From contig JBEKSD010000005.1 of assembly GCA_049517335.1 (NCBI GenBank), forward strand, positions 1-64,000: DNA of 64,000 nt. Direction: 5' to 3'. Source of the DNA: Candidatus Omnitrophota bacterium. GTDB taxonomy: Bacteria > Omnitrophota > Gorgyraeia > Gygaellales > Profunditerraquicolaceae. A model generated the notes under the pieces. It did no database searches and had not been told where the DNA came from. It saw only the letters and a program-made list of their open reading frames with translations. This document shows, piece by piece, positions 1 through 8,051 of the stretch (the stretch's first letter is position 1; each line of letters begins with the position of its first letter). The translations under genes were made by a program, and so were the position numbers.

Positions 1-538
1 TCTTAATGGCCATGGCCACGTCATGGGCAAGGGCAACAAAGAATTCCAGTTCATCTTTACCGAACTTCTTTTTGTTTATCTTCTCCCCCAGTAAAAGTAG
101 GCCTAAGAGGTCATCCCGAAAGTAGCTGGGGATACAGGCTGTCGAACCGAATATCTCCATCTGGTAGAGTACGCCTTTTAAGATCTGTTTTGTTTTTTGA
201 TTCAGGTTCTTTCTTTTTAATAAACTTTTGGCGTAATCATAAACAATTAGGCCTTCGCTGTGGATATTTTTATCGAGCCTGTTGCGGAAGAATTTTATTA
301 AAGGGTTATCCGCATCCATACGGGCAAACCCTTTGGGGATTTTTAAGCCTGTCTGGCCTCCGGAAACGGTAAGGATATAAGTATCTCTCTGGGAGTCATG
401 AAGAAGTATTCCTGAGTGGCTAACCTTCACCTTTTGCACGATCATGCGCACGATCATGCGGATAAGGACGTCCGGCTTATGGACTAAGATCATCGTCTTA
501 GAGGCGCCCTCAAGCTCTTTTTTATAGTTTATTGCCAC
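1..538 (-). CDS. GAF-domain signalling protein, probably HD-GYP type (runs off the window)
   Basis: Not in the ORF track because it is partial. GTG at 538 abuts the stop of the receiver gene; it reads MAINYKKELEGASKTMILVHKPDVL...KDELEFFVALAHDVAMAIK, a GAF-like end. The output domain is inferred. Confidence 0.6.
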   Translation of the reverse strand, partial: MAINYKKELEGASKTMILVHKPDVLIRMIVRMIVQKVKVSHSGILLHDSQRDTYILTVSGGQTGLKIPKGFARMDADNPLIKFFRNRLDKNIHSEGLIVYDYAKSLLKRKNLNQKTKQILKGVLYQMEIFGSTACIPSYFRDDLLGLLLLGEKINKKKFGKDELEFFVALAHDVAMAIK

Positions 539-922
539 TTACTTTTCTTTCTCTTGACTTATCTTTAACAGGCTCATAACGACCCTCTCCAGCTCTTCCA
601 GTTGAAGAGGTTTATGTATGTAGTCTAGTGCGCCCAGTTCGGTGCACTGGTCAAAGGCAGACCCCTCTTCGGGCTTGGTCCCGGTAACCATAATAACCTT
701 AACGCCGATATTTTTATTCCTGATTTGCCTTAAAACTTCAATTCCGCTAAGGCCTGCCATATTTATATCCAATAGGATGAGTTCTAATTTTTCTTTATCC
801 AGGATTTTGAGCGCCTCTTCTCCATTTTCAGCAGTAACAACGTCAATTTTGCGCTTGCGGAAGAAATTAGCGGCGAAATCCCTTACATCCTCCTCATCAT
901 CTACAATCAGTAATCTGTTCAT
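539..922 (-). CDS. Single-domain response regulator (receiver)
   Basis: LLIVDDE, LLDINM, MVTG and HKP receiver motifs. The ATG at 922 follows a GAGG-type RBS; the track extends the ORF to 982. Confidence 0.9.
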   Translation of the reverse strand: MNRLLIVDDEEDVRDFAANFFRKRKIDVVTAENGEEALKILDKEKLELILLDINMAGLSGIEVLRQIRNKNIGVKVIMVTGTKPEEGSAFDQCTELGALDYIHKPLQLEELERVVMSLLKISQEKEK

Positions 923-1062
923 ATTCTCACCTCTAAATATTAAAATTAATGATAGAAATATTACCCTTGGAGACACACCCATAAATTTTAATTATATATT
1001 AACGGGAAGGATTAGTAAAGGAATTTAAGGAATCTTAAGGAAAGAACAAAACCTAAAACAGA

Positions 1063-1088
1063 GGTTCAGAGCCCTTGGGCTCTGAACC
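1063..1088 (-). terminator. 12-bp perfect hairpin, probable intrinsic terminator at the island's left edge
   Basis: GGTTCAGAGCCC-TT-GGGCTCTGAACC, followed on the minus strand by T-rich TCTGTTTTAGGTTTTGTTCTTT. Confidence 0.55.
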
Positions 1089-1335
1089 GTCTAGAATCAA
1101 TTCGAACTGCTTCCAAGATCCAGGTTAAAATTATAATTCCACCACTTCAGCGAATCCCATTATAGCAAAGATTGTCAAAAAAGTAGGGGAATTATTTTTA
1201 CTAGGGATGTCATTTAGGGTGATAACGAAAAACTTAAAAGCTAGTAAGGAAATTATACTAAAACGCTTACCGCGATAATAAGTGATCCCTTGATAAAATT
1301 GTCGTTTTTGTCGCTTTTTGAGACTCAATTTTTAC

Positions 1336-1362
1336 ATAACTTATTTCATAGCAATAAGTTAT
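1336..1362. repeat. Perfect 10-bp inverted repeat with 7-bp spacer (dyad of the same type as in the island sites)
   Basis: ATAACTTATT-TCATAGC-AATAAGTTAT. Confidence 0.7.
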
Positions 1363-1374
1363 AGTAATTAAGAA

Positions 1375-2169
1375 CTAAGTGTACGACAGCATATCAGATG
1401 CTAAATATTTATATGGATGTTCCTCTCTATCCTTTTTATTATATGCTATATAGTCATTAATCATTTTTTCTGCTGTAGCCCTGTGTTTCTTGCTCCTTCT
1501 AATATTATGGGAAATCATAAAATTAGACATGATTGCTTGTTGGTTTGAGTTTAATTCCTTTATTTTCTTTACCAAGGGATCGTCTGCCATTTTATCTTCT
1601 TTTGCCACCTGCGCCTTATTTGTTGATCTCCAAAGATCTGAAGTCCCTGTTGCTTTATTTAGATAACCTAATCTTTCTAAAAGCATCATACTAGATAACT
1701 GGAGCTGGTGGCACATAAATAATATCTTTGCCTGCTCATAACTTGACAAATCTTCCGCATATGATAATTTTAATAATCTTTGCTGCCTGACTGCATAATC
1801 ATCTATAACTTCCCTTACGATTCTCCTTTGAAAATCTGGACCGAATTCAAGAGAATTTTCTAATCTCATTTGCTGGATATAACGCTGAACTGTACGTACA
1901 TCGACTTTTAAATGATCTGCTATCTCTTCACTAGAGTATCCTCTAGATTTAAAAAATAGCGCGCACTTCATTAAATCTTTCTTATCCACAGTAGCCGGAT
2001 CAACTATCTTTATCTCCAATTGCTTAGCCAGTTCAGCTAAAGATAAATTAGCATACGCGGTCTTTGGTGAAACTACTAAATCTTGCTTTTCTTTTACCTC
2101 TTTATTAGCTACGACTTCTGCCTTAAGTAGATCACCCTCTTTACTTATCTGCCCATTTTTAGTCTCCAT
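1375..2169 (-). CDS. Helix-turn-helix DNA-binding protein of mobile-element type
   Basis: GYSSEEIADHLKVDVRTVQRY is an HTH motif; AAGGAGG RBS upstream. Confidence 0.75.
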   Translation of the reverse strand: METKNGQISKEGDLLKAEVVANKEVKEKQDLVVSPKTAYANLSLAELAKQLEIKIVDPATVDKKDLMKCALFFKSRGYSSEEIADHLKVDVRTVQRYIQQMRLENSLEFGPDFQRRIVREVIDDYAVRQQRLLKLSYAEDLSSYEQAKILFMCHQLQLSSMMLLERLGYLNKATGTSDLWRSTNKAQVAKEDKMADDPLVKKIKELNSNQQAIMSNFMISHNIRRSKKHRATAEKMINDYIAYNKKDREEHPYKYLASDMLSYT

Positions 2170-2199
2170 CTCAAAGCCCTCCTTTTCAACTACGGTTAG

Positions 2200-2284
2200 T
2201 AAAATAAAACCGGCTACGACAAGAAAAAAGGCAGAGCATTCCTATCTCTGCCAATTCCGTTTTCTGTCGTAGCCGTTTATTTTA
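2200..2284 (-). promoter_or_regulatory. Structured 5' leader / putative transcription attenuator
   Basis: Long outer stem (TAAAATAAACGGCTACGACAGAAAA pairs with TTTTCTTGTCGTAGCCGGTTTTATTTTA) enclosing GGCAGAG-loop-CTCTGCC followed by a T-tract. Confidence 0.6.
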
Positions 2285-2314
2285 CCGGGCTAACTTTTTA
2301 TTCCTTCGAAATAA

Positions 2315-2342
2315 AATGTAACACAAAAATATCCGTTGTCAA
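2315..2342 (-). promoter_or_regulatory. Sigma70-type promoter for the HTH gene
   Basis: TTGACA-N16-TACATT with an extended TG. Confidence 0.5.
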
Positions 2343-2580
2343 GAGTAATGAAATAAAAACCTGAAAAATATATAAAAAAGTATAAAATTGTATAAAAAAT
2401 TTTACATTGGACAATTCCAGTTTATTTGATTTTGCCTTGAAAAGAAACAAAAAATCAATAACTTATTTCGCCATACTGGGGTGCACCCCAAGATGGAGTT
2501 TGATTGCCTACAAATTACTTTATAATACCCTTAATCCACCCTAAAGAATCAAGCCATAATTTCTTCCTTGGAGCAGAGAG

Positions 2581-2784
2581 TCATTTTTTCTTATTTCTAA
2601 AAAGATAAATCATTGTAATATCAACAATTAAAATAATACTATAGGTTATGAAGATGGGTGTTAAAAGATTAATTTGAAAACGAAGGATTTCTATAAATGT
2701 TTCTAAATTAAAACTTATTACAATTAAGCCTCCAGTAATATAAGCAAGTAAGCCTAAGATAATTATTAATTGTTTTTTATTCAT
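2581..2784 (-). CDS. Small two-helix membrane protein, hypothetical
   Basis: 67 aa, two hydrophobic segments, basic termini. Confidence 0.6.
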   Translation of the reverse strand: MNKKQLIIILGLLAYITGGLIVISFNLETFIEILRFQINLLTPIFITYSIILIVDITMIYLFRNKKK

Positions 2785-2796
2785 TTTCTTCCCTAT

Positions 2797-2890
2797 TTAG
2801 ATCTATCTATTCTAAACCAAGTAGCAATTACTTATTATGCAACAAAAGGTTAAGTCAGGTTTCGCTTAAGTTGAGCCTAAAATGTGCCCG
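2797..2890. repeat. Composite att-like site A
   Basis: Core TTAGA-N9-TCTAA (2797-2815), dyad TTACTTATT-N7-AAAAGGTTA (2828-2852), arms TGAGCCTAAAA/TGTGCCCG (2872-2890). Confidence 0.7.
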
Positions 2891-2891
2891 T

Positions 2892-3590
2892 TCATCTCTT
2901 TTCCAATAAGAATATTCCACCAAGTTTTGGAATAACATAATTATAAAAATGATATGGTAAAATTGTGTCTTCATTAATAAACACTGGCTTAATTCTTACT
3001 AAGATCCTGTTTATTGCAATAATAATCAAATACGCGGGGATTGTATAAAATAAAATTAAACTATGAAACAAATATTTAAAAACTACCCCAACAAATAATA
3101 ATAAAATAACGATATCAACTGTTAGTTTCCAATTAACAAATTTCTTATATCTGGCGGTTACGATAAGTAAAGCTTTCTTAAAGATAGTTCTCCACCCATA
3201 AGGCATGCCAACAAATTTCTTAGAAGAGGCGGTTACATTTCCCTGGTTTAAATTTAATTTCGTCATATGACACGGGAGTAGCCTTGAATTTATCCCAAAC
3301 AGAACTTCAACTTTTTCTTGCCTAACACCTGATAGGGTTGAATGTAAGATCTCTCCATTGCCAACATATAGTGATACGTGTGTTATGTTTATTGAAGTAA
3401 AATACATTATAACCCAAGCCAATAGGTTATTGTAGGTACAGAGAAATATCAAATCTCCGGGCTTTAACAAAGTTAAGGCCTCTTCTGAAATACACTCATG
3501 GAATCCACAGCCCATCGGGCTTTTCTTATTATCACCATATTTGCCTACACGCAGTATATAACTTATAGCGTCTATTGTGGCAAATAACAT
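2892..3590 (-). CDS. Permuted papain-like NlpC/P60 (YiiX/YebB-like) domain protein with a C-terminal TM hairpin
   Basis: LKPGDLIF, ITHVSLYVGNGEILHS and VGMPY motifs, then two hydrophobic helices. Confidence 0.7.
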   Translation of the reverse strand: MLFATIDAISYILRVGKYGDNKKSPMGCGFHECISEEALTLLKPGDLIFLCTYNNLLAWVIMYFTSINITHVSLYVGNGEILHSTLSGVRQEKVEVLFGINSRLLPCHMTKLNLNQGNVTASSKKFVGMPYGWRTIFKKALLIVTARYKKFVNWKLTVDIVILLLFVGVVFKYLFHSLILFYTIPAYLIIIAINRILVRIKPVFINEDTILPYHFYNYVIPKLGGIFLLEKR

Positions 3591-3647
3591 ATATTATAAA
3601 GGTCCATAATAAAACTATTCAACAAGAACACCTCCTTCTACTACCGC

Positions 3648-3740
3648 TTAGAACTACCTGTTCTAAATCATCCTTCTTTACTTTATAAAATACAGTAAGT
3701 TGCAGACATTACATAGAGATTTGTGCCCAAAAAGTGCCCA
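3648..3740. repeat. Composite att-like site B
   Basis: Core TTAGAAC-TACCT-GTTCTAA (3648-3666), dyad TTACTTTAT-N7-AGTAAGTTG (3678-3702), arms TGTGCCCAAAA/AGTGCCCA (3722-3740). Confidence 0.75.
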
Positions 3741-3755
3741 AAACGTTATAACTTA

Positions 3756-5054
3756 TTAAGCACTGTGTTCCCGATGCTCTAACCCCGGAGAAACTTTAAA
3801 TGATTTTTCTAAGAATTTATCAATAAATTTGTTCATTATAATAAGCTCACAATCTACCGACAAAACAGGATCATAGAAATATGATTCCTCCTCTTTTTTC
3901 TTCTTTATGTATATTGCCCTAGGAATAAGCTTTCTCATCTTTTTAATTCGCAATAGATCTATCTCTAACCTTTCAAAAGTATCAAGATGAGGCATAGAAT
4001 AATAGTAGGGCTTTTGTTTTCGTAATTCTTTTTTTAACTCTTCATCACTTTTTTTTGATTCATCAGTGTGCATCAATACTGTTGTAGGTATCATGATGGT
4101 ACGGTGTGCGGCTAGATGACGAATATCGGCCATTCTTTGTATCCAAGCATTGTTATCCTTTTTTAAAGACAATAATTCTTGTTCTTTGACTTTTTCCCAA
4201 AAAGCCTTCTTTGCGATCCCACATTCTTTTCCATTCACTCCTAATTTTTGGGATGCATTCAGAATAGTTGTCAACTGATCTAATAAACCCCATCCATACA
4301 AATAATAATTCGTAACATAATATCCAATAATAGTCCCAAATCTTCCCTCCTGACCAGCTCTGGTAAAAAGGTCGTTTTGAATTTGGTAAAACCTTATCAA
4401 GTCTCGCGTTAAAAGAATAAACGAATAACGGTTAAGGCTTAAACTTCTTAAGTTTTCTCTTAAATCACTATCTTCAATCTTGGCACTTTGCGAATTGAAA
4501 TAATCGGACAATTTCTTGCCGTTTGGATGATCAAATTGATAGTAAACTTCCGGCGTAAGAACTCTTATGTATGAAGTTGCACTCCAGTATATGGAAAAAC
4601 CTCTACCGCATACTTCAACAAAATCGTGGAATTCCTCTAAGGGAATTACACTAATAGTATCATAATGGTATACCAAATACCTGAGATCGATAAGCGCCTG
4701 ATTAGATGTAATAATGCAATCCGCTTTTAACTCAAGGCTTGAACTAAGTAGCATAGATGCTTGCTGATCGAGCCGTTCCAATTTCTCAAAATTTTCAGGT
4801 TTATCTTTCTTTATCCATTTTGACGGTACAAAGTTGCCCTGCTTTACAATATATGCTTCAACAATGCCCTCAAAAGAAGCAGAGATCCGACCTTCACTTG
4901 GTGTAAATAATTTTATGGTAACAGAATTGTCTAGGTCCCTAAGTTCGCGAATTGTGTCTATAACGGAAATTAAATAAGGGTTCGTCCAGAATTGATTCAG
5001 TAATTCAGGATCGATTATAACCTTGAAGTCTCTAGATGGTAAAAAGGGTACCAT
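3756..5054 (-). CDS. PIN-like plus HEPN domain protein (candidate defence RNase)
   Basis: N-terminal VIID...ADCIITSN PIN-like pattern; C-terminal helical region with an RHLAAH (RxxxxH) motif. Confidence 0.6.
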   Translation of the reverse strand: MVPFLPSRDFKVIIDPELLNQFWTNPYLISVIDTIRELRDLDNSVTIKLFTPSEGRISASFEGIVEAYIVKQGNFVPSKWIKKDKPENFEKLERLDQQASMLLSSSLELKADCIITSNQALIDLRYLVYHYDTISVIPLEEFHDFVEVCGRGFSIYWSATSYIRVLTPEVYYQFDHPNGKKLSDYFNSQSAKIEDSDLRENLRSLSLNRYSFILLTRDLIRFYQIQNDLFTRAGQEGRFGTIIGYYVTNYYLYGWGLLDQLTTILNASQKLGVNGKECGIAKKAFWEKVKEQELLSLKKDNNAWIQRMADIRHLAAHRTIMIPTTVLMHTDESKKSDEELKKELRKQKPYYYSMPHLDTFERLEIDLLRIKKMRKLIPRAIYIKKKKEEESYFYDPVLSVDCELIIMNKFIDKFLEKSFKVSPGLEHREHSA

Positions 5055-5173
5055 ATCTTTGAAATAAAAAAGGCAATTCTAAATGTCTTCCTTTTTCCCA
5101 AATAAAAGTTCCTCGTTTAGATTAGTCTGGACGTTCCAATAATTTCAGCTTATCAATCATTCCTAAATCAAGC

Positions 5174-5572
5174 TCAAGAAACATGCTTACATACTGGACA
5201 TTGATATTCGCCTACTCCAATGTTAAAAGGTAACTTTGTTAGAGTTATAAGTTTCTTATTAGAATCAAAGCAGCCTGTGCAAAATGGTCCCTCAGAATAG
5301 CCACTTAGAGGTTTAGAGATAAACCAATAGTTGCCTTTTTTGATTGTAAGCTGAGATCGAACATCATCCGAAGATTCGAGTCCCTTGATCTTCTTCTTCA
5401 AATCAAGATTTTCTTCCTGCAATGTTGCTACCTGCATTTTTAAATCTGCAAGAGCAAGATTCAGATCAGCTATAAGATTCTTTGTCTTTGCGTCCTTAAC
5501 CAATTCAGCAACATCACGAAGCGTTCTCCCAATCTGCACAAGATTATTTATGACATCTACTGCGCTAGACAT
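5174..5572 (-). CDS. Coiled-coil plus zinc-ribbon hypothetical protein
   Basis: Heptad region followed by GPFCTGC...QCPVC. Confidence 0.7.
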   Translation of the reverse strand: MSSAVDVINNLVQIGRTLRDVAELVKDAKTKNLIADLNLALADLKMQVATLQEENLDLKKKIKGLESSDDVRSQLTIKKGNYWFISKPLSGYSEGPFCTGCFDSNKKLITLTKLPFNIGVGEYQCPVCKHVS

Positions 5573-5614
5573 GTATATTCTCCTTTACCTTAGTATATCT
5601 GCAAAAAGAAAAAC

Positions 5615-6082
5615 TCATTTGCCGATCAATAGCCCCCAAACACCCAATGCAATACCAATAATGAAACAACTCAGGGAACCATATCCTAACCATAAATTAA
5701 GATAGGGGTCTTTCGAGCGATGTTCATCATCCTCATTAAGCTTCTCCCAAGAAATTATGTTAAGAAAATACTCATTAACACTTTTCCTCCAAGCTTCAAA
5801 TAAACCTGTCATTTGATGATAAACATGTGCAACCAATAAACCAACAAAAATAATCCCAAGTAACATAATACCCAAGCCCCAAACAACAAATGAACACACC
5901 TGATGCCTAGCTCCAATAAACCCTAGCATAGCGATAGCACCACCTGAATTGGTCACAAATAGTAAATTTATCGCTTTATCTGCCCACTCCTTCTGTAAAT
6001 GATAAAGCTGAGACCAACGCTGATTGGTATAATCAATATGCTGTCGCTGTATTTCTGGAGATAATTCTGAGTGTTTTTGCAT
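5615..6082 (-). CDS. Three-helix membrane protein, hypothetical
   Basis: LFVTNSGGAIAML and two further hydrophobic segments; GAGGAGG RBS. Confidence 0.7.
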   Translation of the reverse strand: MQKHSELSPEIQRQHIDYTNQRWSQLYHLQKEWADKAINLLFVTNSGGAIAMLGFIGARHQVCSFVVWGLGIMLLGIIFVGLLVAHVYHQMTGLFEAWRKSVNEYFLNIISWEKLNEDDEHRSKDPYLNLWLGYGSLSCFIIGIALGVWGLLIGK

Positions 6083-6135
6083 AGTTATAAAACCTCCTCA
6101 TGTAGGACTCGTAATTTTTACACACCATTACTAGT

Positions 6136-6230
6136 TAAGAGTACCTCGTTCTACATCAAATATTCTTTAATCATTGCAATCCTAACAGTTAAGATTTCTT
6201 ATACTCAGCTCTGTGCCTAAGATGTGCCCA
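6136..6230. repeat. Composite att-like site C
   Basis: Core TAAGA-N9-TCTAC (6136-6154), dyad TTAATCATT-N7-TAACAGTTA (6167-6191), arms TGTGCCTAAGA/TGTGCCCA (6212-6230). Confidence 0.7.
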
Positions 6231-6416
6231 TTAGTTCTTATGATTCTTATATTATTACTCATATTTTAGCACTTCTAATATTAAACTTAATACCTACTTA
6301 TCTAATAACAAATTCTAGGTACGGACATTCAAGGATCACAACTGAACCATAAACTTTGAACACGCATCAATAGATACCTGGTCTTTATTTCAGATAAGTT
6401 ATCTTATTTTGAGGAA

Positions 6417-6677
6417 TTATTTAATCTTTTTCTTCTCTTCAATTATTTCGCCTTCAACATCAATAACATTTGAATTAGTCTTTTTAAAAGAAGAGATTTT
6501 CCTGACTAAAATCAGCGAATTTATCAGGATCAGTAGAAGGATTATGCCTTCAATGGCAAGCCAGGTAAGCGGCTTAAAGAACATCCAGCCGAAAATGAGG
6601 TTGAATAAAAATAGTAGCGGTAAAAAACAGCCTGTTTGGCTCATAAAGAATATGGATTTCATTAAAATTTTTCCCAA
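6417..6677 (-). CDS. Small membrane protein, hypothetical
   Basis: Two TM segments and a VIDVEGE tail; coupled to the nitroreductase stop. Confidence 0.6.
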   Translation of the reverse strand: MGKILMKSIFFMSQTGCFLPLLFLFNLIFGWMFFKPLTWLAIEGIILLLILINSLILVRKISSFKKTNSNVIDVEGEIIEEKKKIK

Positions 6678-7162
6678 TGGAGCGATTCTTTCAGGCTGCG
6701 CTTTTCTGCCACATTTAACGCATTCTTATCCGTAGGATAACCTAGGGCTATCAGGCTGATAAGTTTATAGCCAATCGGAACACCTAATAGATAACTTACC
6801 TCCGGGCAATACGGTTTTTTGTCCCCGGCTACCCAACAGGAACCAATACCTAAAGAAGCAGCGCAAATAAGGATATTCTCTGTTGCAGCACACCCGTCTT
6901 CAAGGTAATATTTAGTATCGTTTGAGTAAACCGCAATACAACTTGCCGTATCAGCTATAAACCTGCCGTTTTCAGCAAGGGATGCGATTTTCTTTAAAGT
7001 TTCACGCTCTGTGATGACAAGAAACTCCCACGGCTGGACATTTCTTGCCGTAGCCGCATACCTGCCGGCATCAACCAAAGTTTCTAAAATATCCCTTGGT
7101 ATTGGCTTATTTTGAAATTGCCTGACGCTTCTACGTATTTTAATTGCTTCTAATGCATCCAT
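6662..7162 (-). CDS. Nitroreductase family protein
   Basis: RRSVRQF, NVQPWEF and LGIGSCWV motifs. Confidence 0.92.
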   Translation of the reverse strand: MDALEAIKIRRSVRQFQNKPIPRDILETLVDAGRYAATARNVQPWEFLVITERETLKKIASLAENGRFIADTASCIAVYSNDTKYYLEDGCAATENILICAASLGIGSCWVAGDKKPYCPEVSYLLGVPIGYKLISLIALGYPTDKNALNVAEKRSLKESLHWEKF

Positions 7163-7163
7163 T

Positions 7164-7550
7164 TTAAGTTTTAGGACAAATTAACCGCTTGATTTCTGCG
7201 GGAATGACTTTTGGCTTAAAATCAGTGCCTACGCAAACCAGGATTGTTTTTGCCTTTGAAACTAACTGGCCGTTTTGGTCCTTAATCTCGGCGTCAAATT
7301 CAAGGCGGACAGTGGAATTTGCGCTAATCCAAGTACTTATTTCCAACTCATCGCCGTAGCGGGCGGGAAGTTTATAATCAATCTCCTGCCGCGCTACCAC
7401 AAAAAATGTTCCTCTATCAGCCAATTTCTTAATAGACAGACCTTTTTCCGCAAATAACTCAGTCCTTGCCTCTTCTAAAAATTTCAGGTAATTAGAATAA
7501 TAAACCACCCCGCCGCAGTCGGTATCGTGATAATATATCTTCTTTCTCAT
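7164..7550 (-). CDS. ybgC: YbgC/FadM-family acyl-CoA thioesterase
   Basis: DTDCGGVVYYSNYLKFLEEAR hot-dog motif. Confidence 0.88.
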   Translation of the reverse strand: MRKKIYYHDTDCGGVVYYSNYLKFLEEARTELFAEKGLSIKKLADRGTFFVVARQEIDYKLPARYGDELEISTWISANSTVRLEFDAEIKDQNGQLVSKAKTILVCVGTDFKPKVIPAEIKRLICPKT

Positions 7551-7954
7551 TTCTTTAATTCAACCAACGCCTTATCATTATCGCTTGTTGATAAAACCAG
7601 TTGCGCCGGGCAACCTGCGATACAGGCGGTGCCATAAACCTGCTTGATATCAATTTTAGCTGCCGCGAGAATTGAGGTTACGGTTTTTAACGCTCCAGGC
7701 TTATTCTCCAACTCTACGATAACCACCTGATTTTCCTTTACTTCCTTATACCCGGCTTTATTAAGCGCATCCATAGTCCTTAAAGCATCATCAGTTATAA
7801 CCATGAGTTTTGCTTCGTTGTTCACTACGTGCCCTGCTACCCCTTCAATATTTATGCCTTTCTCAGTCAAGAGCTTGCTCACATTTGCCAAGACACCGAC
7901 TTTATTCCCCGTGCCTATTTGGATTTCCTTACCCAATTTCACCGCTTTAATCAT
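7547..7954 (-). CDS. Tandem ACT domain protein
   Basis: NKVGVLA and ENKPGAL ACT repeats. Confidence 0.85.
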   Translation of the reverse strand: MIKAVKLGKEIQIGTGNKVGVLANVSKLLTEKGINIEGVAGHVVNNEAKLMVITDDALRTMDALNKAGYKEVKENQVVIVELENKPGALKTVTSILAAAKIDIKQVYGTACIAGCPAQLVLSTSDNDKALVELKK

Positions 7955-8051
7955 CCCCCTCCTCCTTCCTTATTCTATCTACTTTTCATAAGCTAATAAT
8001 TTATATTAAATTAGCATATTTAAGAGGAGAAATCAATAAAATGATTTGTTA

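Noticed and set aside
1336-1362. loxP or dif site
   Set aside because: It shares only ATAACTT/AAGTTAT with loxP; arm and spacer lengths differ, and no XerD box (TTATGTTAAAT) is present.
2471-2496. Palindrome TGGGGTGCACCCCA as oriT or terminator
   Set aside because: The hairpin is real, but it has no U-tract and no relaxase context, so no function can be assigned.
5140-5172. Additional att-like site (CCTAAATCA)
   Set aside because: Only a half core; no dyad or TGTGCCC arms at the expected spacing.
2785-6230. Integron attC array
   Set aside because: The sites lack the RYYYAAC...GTTRRRY ends and whole-site hairpin symmetry, and there is no intI in the window.
6287-6385. Degenerate cores containing TACCT
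   Set aside because: Short matches in AT-rich DNA with no accompanying arms; cannot be told from chance.
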